A DNA stretch of 57,709 bases from a virus (lineage: Duplodnaviria > Caudoviricetes): the IMG/VR virus record IMGVR_UViG_3300020169_001518, positions 1-57,709 of that record; one strand, written 5' to 3'. Made by a program: the position numbers and the translations under genes. Numbering within the stretch: the stretch's first letter is position 1; every line of letters begins with the position of its first letter. Of the stretch, positions 1 through 9,785 are shown in pieces. The notes beneath the pieces are model-generated. The model was not told where the DNA came from. It was given only the letters and a program-made list of their open reading frames with translations, and did no database searches.

Positions 1-341
1 TAATGCTATACATATATAACTATCTAATCATAGTCGACTATATAAGTATATACCAATCGATGTGGAGATCCGTGTACGATCTATGAAGGTGTCCCAACCT
101 TTTCTTCGCATATACACGCATCGATGGACAGTACCGCGCATGGGATATACAACGCATATATACGGCGGTATGCATATGGACTTAATATATAATATAATAT
201 CCAGTACGGTTATAGGGATATTCACCGTGGTAAGCATCATGGTGTAAGTACATTATATTAAGGTTGTAAGTACGGTGGTAAGCATTATTACTTCTGGCAT
301 TGGTATAGCCTATTTATTTACCACGTATAGAGTAGTCATGG

Positions 342-373
342 TCAATGTACGACCCCCACTTTGCGTTACCAAA
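342..373 (-). promoter_or_regulatory. Bacteroidota-type promoter firing into the non-coding left end
   Basis: Minus strand TTTG-N20-TACATTGA, same motif and spacing as the other copies. Confidence 0.6.
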
Positions 374-825
374 TATTACCGCATGTTTATTTGTGTTTCG
401 TTATGAACACCACGGGCCTTGCAGTATCCCCATGTGTCATTAAATGTTATTGTTAAATATTCATGGTTAACTGAATGTTCACGTGTGCACATTGCATTAT
501 CCTCATTGTTCACCACGTGTTCATATATACTTTAAGGTAAGTCGAAAATTGCTTGGGCGAGCCATCAAGGGGTTAACACCCGCCTCAAATCACTTCACAT
601 ACCATCGACTAAAAAGGTCACATATCGATATATTTTCATATCAATAGTGACCAATCTACATATCTTTGGACATACGTACATTTAAATTTCCATACGTTGC
701 CAATTATTGTTTAATGTTGTTGATTTACATGCGCTTTAAACGGTGTATTATGCGATTTAAACGCGTCGCTCTTGAACCAAGTACACGTTATTGAATAATA
801 TCCAGCGCTACTAAAACGCGTACAA

Positions 826-975
826 TTAACGTTTCATACCCTTAATGAACCGTGGTTGCTTACTTTGTTTAGCATGTTGTTTTTGATTAGGTGTTGGCGT
901 TGACGTTAACTTACCTTTACCTTTTAACCATTCCTTTAACGTTTGAATGTTACTTCTCATTGAATTTCTACTCAT
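826..975 (-). CDS. small basic hypothetical protein (49 aa, MSRNSMRSNIQ...)
   Basis: Hand-translated; ATG 8 nt downstream of the preceding stop. Confidence 0.45.
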   Translation of the reverse strand: MSRNSMRSNIQTLKEWLKGKGKLTSTPTPNQKQHAKQSKQPRFIKGMKR

Positions 976-982
976 AACTAAT

Positions 983-2182
983 TTATTTAGACCAATTTGT
1001 TTCTACTCGTTCTTCTTGTGGAACAATATGTTCCAACATATTTAACCAATCGTATACTCGAATTTCCCACGATTGTAATTTAACCCATTTTTTAGCGTTC
1101 ATTGTCTTACGATACCATTCATAGTGATATTGCTTATCATCATGACATGATCCCATATTTCTATTCATCGCCGTTATTGTTTTATTCTGGATATCTCCTC
1201 TAACTACATCTTCCATACCTTTCAATCCATATGCCTCAATAGACTCTAAATCTATTATATTAGCAAACGGTGTAATCAAGCTGTTCAAATTACCTGTGTT
1301 CGTTGATAGCATCTTAACTCCACCTACCATCATCTCTAAAGCGCTAATACAAAATGTCTCTGGATATACACTTGGATACAACCAATATTCTGCCTTAGAT
1401 ATCTCTGCATATAGCTTCTTAGGCGATAAGGCTCCTAACCACTTAATACCATCCATCTCCGGAACATTATAACCCCATTTTTCACTATAAGGTGGAGTAC
1501 AAATATGCAATGTTAAATTTGGATTGTTAGCCCTAAGTGTTGGGAACATTTCCAATAATGCATCCAATCCTCTATCTGTTGCACTCGAATATATGATTCT
1601 ATCCTTAACCTTCTCATCATTAACATCATCCCAATCGTTTAAATCGATTGCATTGCTCATAACGTGTATATACGTATTAGGATCTATGTTGTTGTGTGTG
1701 AAAGAGCTTGAATATTCTCTTTTGATATACTCACGTTGCCACCCACTTACACATACAATTCCATTCATCATTTTACTACCAAGTATTTCACGTGCGTTAT
1801 TCATTTTATTGCCCTTAAAGAAATCATGGAAATCCGTGTTGTGCATCCAAAATAAAGACTTATTATATGTAATACATGCTTCTTGTAATGCTTCAATATA
1901 ATGAATGTAATTAACACCTATTGCTATATCAAAGTGAGTGAATGCTATACTATTAGATCCACGTTCATTGCCTTTGTTTAATATCGCTTCATAGTCTATA
2001 TATGTTACTTTATTCATATAACAACCTTCTACATTACCTGTTACAATAACCTTATGACCTTCTTTAGCTAAATACTCTGCTAACTTAATAACACAATATT
2101 CACTACCACCTATGCCTTTAGTTTCCCAAGTTTGTTTGTTCCACTTGTCTTTACTATAACCTGTGTAGAATATTATCTTCAT
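983..2182 (-). CDS. GT-B (GT4-like) glycosyltransferase
   Basis: GIGGSE N-terminal motif; YSS..DRGL; YPSVYPETFCISALE (E-x7-E) motif. Confidence 0.85.
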   Translation of the reverse strand: MKIIFYTGYSKDKWNKQTWETKGIGGSEYCVIKLAEYLAKEGHKVIVTGNVEGCYMNKVTYIDYEAILNKGNERGSNSIAFTHFDIAIGVNYIHYIEALQEACITYNKSLFWMHNTDFHDFFKGNKMNNAREILGSKMMNGIVCVSGWQREYIKREYSSSFTHNNIDPNTYIHVMSNAIDLNDWDDVNDEKVKDRIIYSSATDRGLDALLEMFPTLRANNPNLTLHICTPPYSEKWGYNVPEMDGIKWLGALSPKKLYAEISKAEYWLYPSVYPETFCISALEMMVGGVKMLSTNTGNLNSLITPFANIIDLESIEAYGLKGMEDVVRGDIQNKTITAMNRNMGSCHDDKQYHYEWYRKTMNAKKWVKLQSWEIRVYDWLNMLEHIVPQEERVETNWSK

Positions 2183-2595
2183 TGTTTAATCATTTCTATA
2201 TATTGTTTATCTCTTACTAATTTAGATTCACCTGTTGCTATAAATCCTAATTCCAAATATAATTGTTTAGCATGGTTGTCTTCAAATACCCATAATCGCC
2301 ATTTATCCTTTGTTGGTAATATTTGTTCATATGCTTGTCTTGCTATACCTTGCCTTCTAAAATCTGGATGTATGTCTATTCCAACTGTATCATCTTTAAT
2401 TCTAATGTAACCTATGTTTTGATTATCATTATAACTAATCATTTTCCATTGTGGTTTTGTTTTATTAAACCAATCCTCACATTCTGATAAATGAAATATT
2501 GAGTTATCTTCTAACATATCTCGAGTTGATTTATGACTTCTTATGTGTAATAAATCAGTTAAATCATTTACCGTTATATCTTTTAATGTTACCAA
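2179..2595 (-). CDS. GNAT N-acetyltransferase (PseH/RimL-like)
   Basis: IHPDFRRQGIA acetyl-CoA motif A; N..A..LY..LGF motif B. Confidence 0.85.
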   Translation of the reverse strand: MVTLKDITVNDLTDLLHIRSHKSTRDMLEDNSIFHLSECEDWFNKTKPQWKMISYNDNQNIGYIRIKDDTVGIDIHPDFRRQGIARQAYEQILPTKDKWRLWVFEDNHAKQLYLELGFIATGESKLVRDKQYIEMIKQ

Positions 2596-3173
2596 TTATG
2601 TTTTTCTATTGTCATCGATCCTTCTTTAGCAGCTAATAATTCTGTTTGCCATAAATTAATTGCTATAGCATATCTTATCCCACGAGTTACTTCTGTTACT
2701 CTATGTTTGTGATTACCTGCATCAAATATTACTAACCTATTATAAACTGGTTGTATACGTTCTGGTTCATTGTCTTCACCTTTACTAAATATCTCTAAAT
2801 AACCACCATCTATATCCATTGGTTTTGGATAATATACTGTTCCAATTACTGGTCTAATTATTTCACCACCTTCTTGACCACCTGTTCTAGCCCAATGTAA
2901 TTCATCTTTATCATAATGTGGCCCTAAATCTTTATTTGCTTGATCTGGTCCATAAATTCCTGTCCAATATTCAAACCCAACTAAATTACTAATGCCTGGA
3001 ACACTATTACTTGCCCATATATTTTTAATTAAATGTTGTTTTTTAGTTATTGGTTCATTATTCCACCAACCATCCCACCACATGAAATTTCCATTTGGTC
3101 CAAAAAATGTTTCATCAGTAGATATTATATCTAAAAATACTTGGTCTTGTATAAAATCGTCTATTACTATCAT
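2589..3173 (-). CDS. 2OG-Fe(II) oxygenase (prolyl hydroxylase-like)
   Basis: HYD...GGYLEI...NRLVIFD...HRV...RYAIAINLW. Confidence 0.85.
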   Translation of the reverse strand: MIVIDDFIQDQVFLDIISTDETFFGPNGNFMWWDGWWNNEPITKKQHLIKNIWASNSVPGISNLVGFEYWTGIYGPDQANKDLGPHYDKDELHWARTGGQEGGEIIRPVIGTVYYPKPMDIDGGYLEIFSKGEDNEPERIQPVYNRLVIFDAGNHKHRVTEVTRGIRYAIAINLWQTELLAAKEGSMTIEKHNW

Positions 3174-3179
3174 AATTAT

Positions 3180-4607
3180 TTAATATATTTCACTATTACC
3201 TTTAATAAAACTAACTACTACATATCTAGTACCCTCAGTAACTGGTCTAGCTCCGTGTTTATGAGTTATATTTCCTGGATGTAATGTCATTACACCTATT
3301 TCTTTCGGATTAACATTACATTTATATTTATCAAAATATGTACCTCCACCTTTAAATTCACCTGGGTTCAAATTAACTAAAGTTGTTATATGACTATGAT
3401 CATGATGTAATCCTAAGTGTGCTTGTTCCTCTGGTTTGTATCTAATAATAAATGATTCATCCTGTAATTCATCCCATGATTTACCATCTAATTTAAATTT
3501 ATAAATGGCTAATGGTCTAACAAATTGATTAATTACTCTATTATAAATACCTTGCATGCCTAATACTTCAAGTAAATTATCTGTTGTAGGATAAAATTCA
3601 TGTCTATCATTTGTCCAATTAAATTGTTCACCTAATTCAATTAACTCATCACAAAATGCTTTTGTAAAAAATGGAAATGTATAAACATGAGTACATGGTT
3701 CATCTATTACTAAATCATATTCCTCATTTCTAATCTGAGGTGAAATATATTTGTTACACCATTCATCCCAATTATCTACATTTAATATATTAGGATTAAA
3801 ATCTGCTTTAACTTGTTTAACTTGATCACTTGGTGGTATAACAATTTCGTGTACTGGGTTTGCTTGTTTACTTTTTACCTCTTTAACATGATCAGGAGTA
3901 TATTCAGTTAATGAATCTGAAGCATAATTACTTGATTGGTTAATATAGTTTTTAGGTAAAGCATATTGCTTAAACCCATTGTGGAAACATTTATTTGCAT
4001 CTTCTCTATCATGAACACCAGCTATAGCAGGTAAAAATTCATCCCAAGGTATCATGTTAGTTAAATAATTAGAATCAAGTATTTCCTTCATACCTTTTCT
4101 AGATAATACATAAGCATGAGCATTAAATGAATATGATGTTTGAATTAATCCTTCATTTACTTTAACATCTTTTTCAGGATGGAGAGCATTACGACCTAAA
4201 TAACACATACTCCAATCATCAAGTAAATGATTTAATTCCCATTCAGGAAATTTTTCACCATTACCATAAAAATCTTCCTCTAATATTAATATATTTTCAA
4301 ACCCTTCATTATAGGCATTTTCAATAGTTGAATAATGTGATAAACCACATCCAATTTCACCTGGAGTTAAATCTCTACTCCACCAATTATTTTGAGGTAA
4401 TTTTGGATCATTTTTTAATTTCCACCATTTAGCTTGGTTATATTTTTTATATGGTGGTTCTATATTACCGTTTTGTAAATCCCAACCATTAATTGCTGGT
4501 ACAACATAAAATGGTGTATCAGTTTTCATTTTTAAGTCTTTAATTTTAACAGATATATCATGAGGTTCTGTTATTAAGCTTATAACGTATATAAAATCTA
4601 TTGTCAT
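3180..4607 (-). CDS. GT25 glycosyltransferase fused to a PLOD-type lysyl hydroxylase (2OG-Fe(II)) domain
   Basis: N-term LTPGEIGCGLSH, ILEED, YLGR, AHAYVLS, PWDEFLP (GT25); C-term RYKPEEQAHLGLHHD, GGGTYF, LHPGNITHKHG, TRYVVVSF (PLOD LH domain). Confidence 0.85.
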   Translation of the reverse strand: MTIDFIYVISLITEPHDISVKIKDLKMKTDTPFYVVPAINGWDLQNGNIEPPYKKYNQAKWWKLKNDPKLPQNNWWSRDLTPGEIGCGLSHYSTIENAYNEGFENILILEEDFYGNGEKFPEWELNHLLDDWSMCYLGRNALHPEKDVKVNEGLIQTSYSFNAHAYVLSRKGMKEILDSNYLTNMIPWDEFLPAIAGVHDREDANKCFHNGFKQYALPKNYINQSSNYASDSLTEYTPDHVKEVKSKQANPVHEIVIPPSDQVKQVKADFNPNILNVDNWDEWCNKYISPQIRNEEYDLVIDEPCTHVYTFPFFTKAFCDELIELGEQFNWTNDRHEFYPTTDNLLEVLGMQGIYNRVINQFVRPLAIYKFKLDGKSWDELQDESFIIRYKPEEQAHLGLHHDHSHITTLVNLNPGEFKGGGTYFDKYKCNVNPKEIGVMTLHPGNITHKHGARPVTEGTRYVVVSFIKGNSEIY

Positions 4608-4626
4608 TGTGTTGTATTATGTATGT

Positions 4627-4658
4627 TTAATATACTAATTTTAAATTAAGTATCCTAG
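4627..4658 (-). promoter_or_regulatory. Bacteroidota-type promoter upstream of the GT25-hydroxylase operon
   Basis: CTAG-N20-TATATTAA. Confidence 0.5.
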
Positions 4659-4925
4659 TTGTTTTATAAAATGAGTGCTCCAAGCAAATAAACCATTTAA
4701 GTTTAATAATACTAAATTCCATTGTTTCCTAGATGCAGTTTGTATCATTACACATATAAAACCAATTATAAATAATTTAGGTTCTAATGTCCACTGTCCT
4801 GCTATTAAAAATGCTGCACCAAAATATCCTACACGTGAAGCAAATTTTTGATATGATGTTAGTTTATTAGTATAAGCTAGCATCTTAAGCATTTTAAATT
4901 TAATTGATTTTTGTTTTAGTCTCAT
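4641..4925 (-). CDS. small membrane protein
   Basis: 2-3 hydrophobic helices; true start may be the downstream MLKML. Confidence 0.65.
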   Translation of the reverse strand: MRLKQKSIKFKMLKMLAYTNKLTSYQKFASRVGYFGAAFLIAGQWTLEPKLFIIGFICVMIQTASRKQWNLVLLNLNGLFAWSTHFIKQLGYLI

Positions 4926-5279
4926 TTATTCTAATTCAAAGTTTATATCTATATCATTTATATCATCAATAATTGGATAATAAGTATTTGATAAACGCTG
5001 ATCTTCCATTAAGCATTTTTTACATATATGCTTTCGAGTTATAGTTGTTATTAATTCATCATAAAAAACTAATTCTTCCTCAAATTGAGAACCTAAATTA
5101 ACTTTACTCCAATCAGCATTATTACCCCAAATATCATTTCTATGCACATCATTTATAATTGCATGTCTATCAATCTTCTTTTCCAACCATTCTAATAATG
5201 GTGATTTAGCAGCAAATACTACAGGCATATCTGTAGGTAGTGTGCACCACGAACAATTATTCTTCATACCAACCCTCAT
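4926..5279 (-). CDS. hypothetical protein, possible Zn-binding
   Basis: CSWC and CKKC pairs; packed within the operon. Confidence 0.6.
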   Translation of the reverse strand: MRVGMKNNCSWCTLPTDMPVVFAAKSPLLEWLEKKIDRHAIINDVHRNDIWGNNADWSKVNLGSQFEEELVFYDELITTITRKHICKKCLMEDQRLSNTYYPIIDDINDIDINFELE

Positions 5280-5865
5280 TTAAAGCATAGTCTTTGTCAA
5301 TAAAATAACCAAAACTTAACAATACTCTGGGTTTGTCTTTTTCAACTTTTGTAGTATAATGATCATGTATTCCAGCTAAACATCTCCATACTTCATTTTC
5401 TTTAACCTTATACTCAATTTTATCTATTACTGGATTACCTCCTTTTAATGGTTTAGATATTAACACATTAAATCTAGTATGTATTACATCTCCTAAGTAA
5501 TCATATGGTAAATCTTCATTTAGTGATTCATCTGGTCCTTCAACATTAAAATTAGCATCACTATGTTCATGTACTTGATGACCCTTTTGTGAATGACAAA
5601 TTAAATAGCCATAATTAGGTTCAATTTGAGTACTCATAGGCAAGTCAAATTGTTTCATTATAACATCTCCTATTTCCATTAATTCTGAATATGGGAAGTT
5701 TGCTTCTAATAATTCGTCATCAGGCATATGTAAATAATCCCTAGCAACAACATGACCTCCATGTTCAGGTTCCTCTGTAATGTATTTTTTTCTATTGTCT
5801 TCATTTAAGATCCAATCTAATAAAGGTTGTGTTAATTTTTTGTCTAATATAAATTTAGTTTTCAT
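5257..5865 (-). CDS. 2OG-Fe(II) oxygenase
   Basis: HEHSD...GG.P...HDH...RVLLSFG. Confidence 0.75.
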   Translation of the reverse strand: MKTKFILDKKLTQPLLDWILNEDNRKKYITEEPEHGGHVVARDYLHMPDDELLEANFPYSELMEIGDVIMKQFDLPMSTQIEPNYGYLICHSQKGHQVHEHSDANFNVEGPDESLNEDLPYDYLGDVIHTRFNVLISKPLKGGNPVIDKIEYKVKENEVWRCLAGIHDHYTTKVEKDKPRVLLSFGYFIDKDYALNEGWYEE

Positions 5866-5871
5866 AATTTG

Positions 5872-6498
5872 TTATTTATTAGTTCCTTCTCTTCCATTAT
5901 ATAACCAATAAGGGTTTTTATAGTCAATATCATAATCAAGTGATTTTATAAATGGAATTTTAGCTGTAAAATTTCCACTACATGATATTCTATCTACATT
6001 TGAACCATTTCTAGGTGTAAAGTGCAATATATCTCTACTAAAAATATATAAATGCCCTGCTGTTGAATTTATTTCATATAATATTCTATTCCTATCTAGG
6101 TTAGTTATAAATACTAAATTACCAGCGTTTTCAGGCATGTGAGGATAATATACAAATGATAACCCAGGTGAGTTTTCTTCTTCATGATTGTGAATCATAG
6201 TTTGTTCACCTGGTGGAACAATATGACCCCATATTTCACCTATTGAAAATGTATTAGAACCAAATATTGAGTCTACTACTTCTTGAGTAGCGTATTCCAT
6301 CATTTCTAAGGATTCGTTTGATAAAGGTGTATCCTCATAAAATGTATGCTGTACATCAACTTCGCTTTGATTAGGTCTATCTTTACCAGTTGAATCTTTG
6401 GGGTTATTTCTTTGATCAATAATATCTTTTATTAAAGCATCATTGTCAACTTCTAATTTGTGTTGGGAATAATAAATCCCATTTATTAATTTAAACAT
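5872..6498 (-). CDS. putative 2OG-Fe(II) oxygenase
   Basis: HNH...SFVYY...GNLVF...LHFT...RISCSGN. Confidence 0.75.
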   Translation of the reverse strand: MFKLINGIYYSQHKLEVDNDALIKDIIDQRNNPKDSTGKDRPNQSEVDVQHTFYEDTPLSNESLEMMEYATQEVVDSIFGSNTFSIGEIWGHIVPPGEQTMIHNHEEENSPGLSFVYYPHMPENAGNLVFITNLDRNRILYEINSTAGHLYIFSRDILHFTPRNGSNVDRISCSGNFTAKIPFIKSLDYDIDYKNPYWLYNGREGTNK

Positions 6499-6709
6499 CT
6501 ATAACTGCGTCTTCTATAGTTTTACATAAATATATTCTATCATTCTGTCTTACTGCTCTATCACATCCTAAATATTCAACCCACATACCAATTAATTTTT
6601 GATTCATTTTATTACTATTTTTATCTGTAACAAAATAAGCAGGATTAAAATCTCTTACTACTTGTAGTAAGTCATCATTTATTTTTATTAAATTGTACTG
6701 ATTGTTCAT
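6491..6709 (-). CDS. hypothetical protein
   Basis: ORF overlapping the next gene in an operon-like arrangement. Confidence 0.6.
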   Translation of the reverse strand: MNNQYNLIKINDDLLQVVRDFNPAYFVTDKNSNKMNQKLIGMWVEYLGCDRAVRQNDRIYLCKTIEDAVIDV

Positions 6710-6792
6710 CTAATAATTGTTGTAACTGTTGTATTTCCATTTTAACCTTTACTGGTTGTGGTGAAACCCCTTTTAATAAAATTATTTTGTTT

Positions 6793-7155
6793 CTAATCTC
6801 TTTTATAGTCATCTTCTATTCTTATTATATCGTCCTCACCAAAGTAAGTCCCTGTTTGTACTTCAATAAATATTACTTCCTCATCCGTTTCGTTCCAAGC
6901 CCTATGCTTAGCTCCTAAAGGAATTGTTATTGACTCGCCAGGTGATCTAAATACTTTTTCATCATCTAATACAATTGTTAAATTTCCTGATACTATTGTC
7001 CAATTTTCTTTACGTTTATCATGATATTGGTATGATAATCTTTGACCTGGGTTTACTTTTATTTGTTTTACTTTACAATCATTATTATCAAGTAATACTG
7101 TGTATTCACCCCAAGGTCTTATTGCAAATTTATCAAATCCAAATGTGTTACTCAT
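6793..7155 (-). CDS. mannose-6-phosphate isomerase type II C-terminal cupin domain protein
   Basis: RPWG, PGQRLSYQYH..R.E.W, HR..N, IEVQTGTYFGEDDIIRIEDDY. Confidence 0.9.
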   Translation of the reverse strand: MSNTFGFDKFAIRPWGEYTVLLDNNDCKVKQIKVNPGQRLSYQYHDKRKENWTIVSGNLTIVLDDEKVFRSPGESITIPLGAKHRAWNETDEEVIFIEVQTGTYFGEDDIIRIEDDYKRD

Positions 7156-7156
7156 A

Positions 7157-7939
7157 TTAAAATCCTAAATGTTTATCTCTACAAAATTCTAAATCAAATA
7201 TTGTTGTTCTTGGGTCTAAATCTTTAATATTAAATGGATGTTCCCAACAATCTAAAGTTCTCCAACCTGGACCCCATTTTTTAAATAAATATTCAAAGTT
7301 TTTTTCATTTGAATAATTTAATCCATCCATCATTTCTTGACTATACTTTTTAGTATTCATTCCAGTCTCATAATATTCAGTACCTTCACCGTGATAATAA
7401 TCGCGTTCTAAATTCCATACACGTTTCACTGGATTATTTTGTAAACGCATTATATAATCGCTATCCTCGCCGTAACATGGGTATAAATTTTCATCAAATA
7501 AACCATGACTTTGAACAACCCAATCTTTAATTAAAAATAAATCAAATGAACCTATTTTAAAATCACCTTCATTACCATGAACTAAACCTACAGTATCATC
7601 TTGAGCTGCATCATGCATTTCCTCTAAAAACCCTTCACTAAAACTAACATCATGGTTAGCTATAATCCAATAAGGCTCATTCATGTATGTTTTAATAATC
7701 ATATTCCAACCAGCAGCACAACCAATATTATAAGGCATAGTTGCTAATTTAAAATTTTTAATAAACGGATGAGGTTTACTAATCATAGCATTGATATCAT
7801 CATCTAATTCACCTTTGCCATTGTTATTAATTATTAAATAATTTTCTACTGGGTAGTCAACTGAATCAATTTGACGTTGTAACCATTTAGGCCCATTTAA
7901 AATTAGTACTCCTAATACAGGTATTGGTTTTTTACTCAT
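7157..7939 (-). CDS. GT2-like (GT-A) glycosyltransferase
   Basis: NIGCAAGWN, NHD, GLFDENLYP.YGEDSDY. Confidence 0.8.
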   Translation of the reverse strand: MSKKPIPVLGVLILNGPKWLQRQIDSVDYPVENYLIINNNGKGELDDDINAMISKPHPFIKNFKLATMPYNIGCAAGWNMIIKTYMNEPYWIIANHDVSFSEGFLEEMHDAAQDDTVGLVHGNEGDFKIGSFDLFLIKDWVVQSHGLFDENLYPCYGEDSDYIMRLQNNPVKRVWNLERDYYHGEGTEYYETGMNTKKYSQEMMDGLNYSNEKNFEYLFKKWGPGWRTLDCWEHPFNIKDLDPRTTIFDLEFCRDKHLGF

Positions 7940-8378
7940 GGTTATTTGGTATAATATCTTTATTTTGTTTTATCGTTTGAACTGTAATTAAATCTTTTAA
8001 TTTTGTTGTTGACCAACCATGAGCTCTAGATGTGTAAACAATCTTTGGAGGTAAATCATCACCTGTAAATGGTTTACCAATATAATCTTCACCTAATATT
8101 CTAACATCAGGTTGAAAGTATTCAATTAAATCACGTAATTCCTCCTCAGTTTGATAAACAAATACTTCATCAATATAATGAATAGCCATTAATGCTCTAT
8201 ATCTTTCATATAAAGGTATTACTGGTTTGTATTTACTTTTTCTATGTAATGAAGGATCTTTTTGTAAAAATACAATAAAATGATCACAATGTTTTTTAGC
8301 ATCCTCGAATGTATAAATGTATCCTGGATGTAGTAAATCAAAATTACCAGCTGTAAATCCTACTATTTTGTTTTCCAT
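7932..8378 (-). CDS. cytidylyltransferase (TagD/RfaE-like, HIGH family)
   Basis: GNFDLLHPGY, LGEDY, RAHGWSTT; start moved to MENKIVG. Confidence 0.85.
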   Translation of the reverse strand: MENKIVGFTAGNFDLLHPGYIYTFEDAKKHCDHFIVFLQKDPSLHRKSKYKPVIPLYERYRALMAIHYIDEVFVYQTEEELRDLIEYFQPDVRILGEDYIGKPFTGDDLPPKIVYTSRAHGWSTTKLKDLITVQTIKQNKDIIPNNHE

Positions 8379-8716
8379 AACGCTTGAATTGCAATTAATA
8401 CGGCACATAAAACTAAACTTACTAATGTTTTATTATTAATACCTTCTTTAAAAAAATAACTAACTAAAATGGAATATATTATCATTCCAATACTAAATCC
8501 TATAAATCGAGTTGGCCATAATAAACCATTAAACCCTTGAACTGTATATTTAGTTCCCCAAATATACAAAAATGATATTGGTAAACCACACAATGCAACT
8601 ATAACTTCATTTCTTTGAAACCATTCCCATTTAAATTGTCCATTTAATTGAAAAAATACAAATAAATGTCCAATCGCAAACCACATCATACCCATTAATA
8701 ATTTTTCTACCTGCAT
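8363..8716 (-). CDS. small multi-pass membrane protein (SMR/DMT-like topology)
   Basis: Four hydrophobic segments; start moved to MQVEK. Confidence 0.65.
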   Translation of the reverse strand: MQVEKLLMGMMWFAIGHLFVFFQLNGQFKWEWFQRNEVIVALCGLPISFLYIWGTKYTVQGFNGLLWPTRFIGFSIGMIIYSILVSYFFKEGINNKTLVSLVLCAVLIAIQALWKTK

Positions 8717-8717
8717 A

Positions 8718-8918
8718 CTAATGTTTTTGATTATTATAAATTTCTTTAGCTGTATCTCCATAACCATAATCAATGATTATAGCTACAAATCCTATTCTAA
8801 GCATACAGCTAGTCCAAGGAGCTTCTTCACTCCAATCCCAAAAATCCCAGCTAATACCTAACACAAAACCATCATGAGGCCACTTAAAATTAACTGAAAA
8901 TCCAAACCAATTATTCAT
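8718..8918 (-). CDS. hypothetical Trp-rich protein
   Basis: Start overlaps the upstream gene's stop. Confidence 0.55.
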   Translation of the reverse strand: MNNWFGFSVNFKWPHDGFVLGISWDFWDWSEEAPWTSCMLRIGFVAIIIDYGYGDTAKEIYNNQKH

Positions 8919-9145
8919 TATAACATTAAATTTTTATTTTCTAAAAACATCCAAAAACGTTCAAGCCATAATTCAACTTTAACATCTTCTATTTTATCTT
9001 TTGCTCCATAACCATCAATACGTTTGTTAGCTACAAATGCAATTCCCATATCACAATAATCTCTTGCTTTATCTTTATCACCTTGTTTGTAATGTTCTTT
9101 TGCTTTAGTAAAGCAATGATGCAAAACCTGTTTTTCTATAACCAT
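8918..9145 (-). CDS. hypothetical protein
   Basis: Operon-packed ORF. Confidence 0.6.
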   Translation of the reverse strand: MVIEKQVLHHCFTKAKEHYKQGDKDKARDYCDMGIAFVANKRIDGYGAKDKIEDVKVELWLERFWMFLENKNLML

Positions 9146-9160
9146 TATTTATTTTTTAAA

Positions 9161-9784
9161 TTATTTAATAAAATATTCCCATATTAAAGCAAATGAAGAT
9201 GCTACTACAAATGTAATAAAAGAATAATACATTACTTTCATAGTTCTATCTACCTTTTCAGGACTTCTACCTTGATTTGATCTGTATTGTCTTGTTTTAG
9301 GTTGTAATTCTTGATTTTGAAACTTTTCTAACAACCAACTTGATGATTGTACTTTTTTCCCTAATCCCCAAACTACATCTACTTCCATTGAATTACAATA
9401 ATCAACTTCAGGTACGTTGCTTAATTTTTTAACTCTGTCTCCACCATTACCAAACGCCATGCTAATATTTTTACCTTTATATCTAAACTTACGTCTATAC
9501 TGAAGGATTGCTTCATAAATACCATCACATACTGTTTCATCATCACCACCTCTAGGATTACATACAATAACATTAGATACATTTTTGATTCTAGACATAA
9601 TATATTTACGTTCGTCTTCTTTCATAAATGCTTGGCCTTTTTTATTTCTAAGCCATTTATCATTGTTTAATATAACCCATACCTCATTACCTAACTTAGA
9701 AGCTTCTTCTATCATTTCAAGATGCCCCTTATGTACAGGATCAAAACCACCACTTACTAATATAACTTTATACTTCTTTTTCAT
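9161..9784 (-). CDS. cytidylyltransferase-like (HIGH) protein with C-terminal TM helix
   Basis: SGGFDPVHKGH, FGNGGDR, KVQSSSW. Confidence 0.85.
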   Translation of the reverse strand: MKKKYKVILVSGGFDPVHKGHLEMIEEASKLGNEVWVILNNDKWLRNKKGQAFMKEDERKYIMSRIKNVSNVIVCNPRGGDDETVCDGIYEAILQYRRKFRYKGKNISMAFGNGGDRVKKLSNVPEVDYCNSMEVDVVWGLGKKVQSSSWLLEKFQNQELQPKTRQYRSNQGRSPEKVDRTMKVMYYSFITFVVASSFALIWEYFIK

Positions 9785-9785
9785 A

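Noticed and set aside
28-247. ORFs 28-240 (-) and 62-247 (+)
   Set aside because: They overlap each other, have atypical composition and no motifs, and lie in a repeat/palindrome-rich region that looks non-coding
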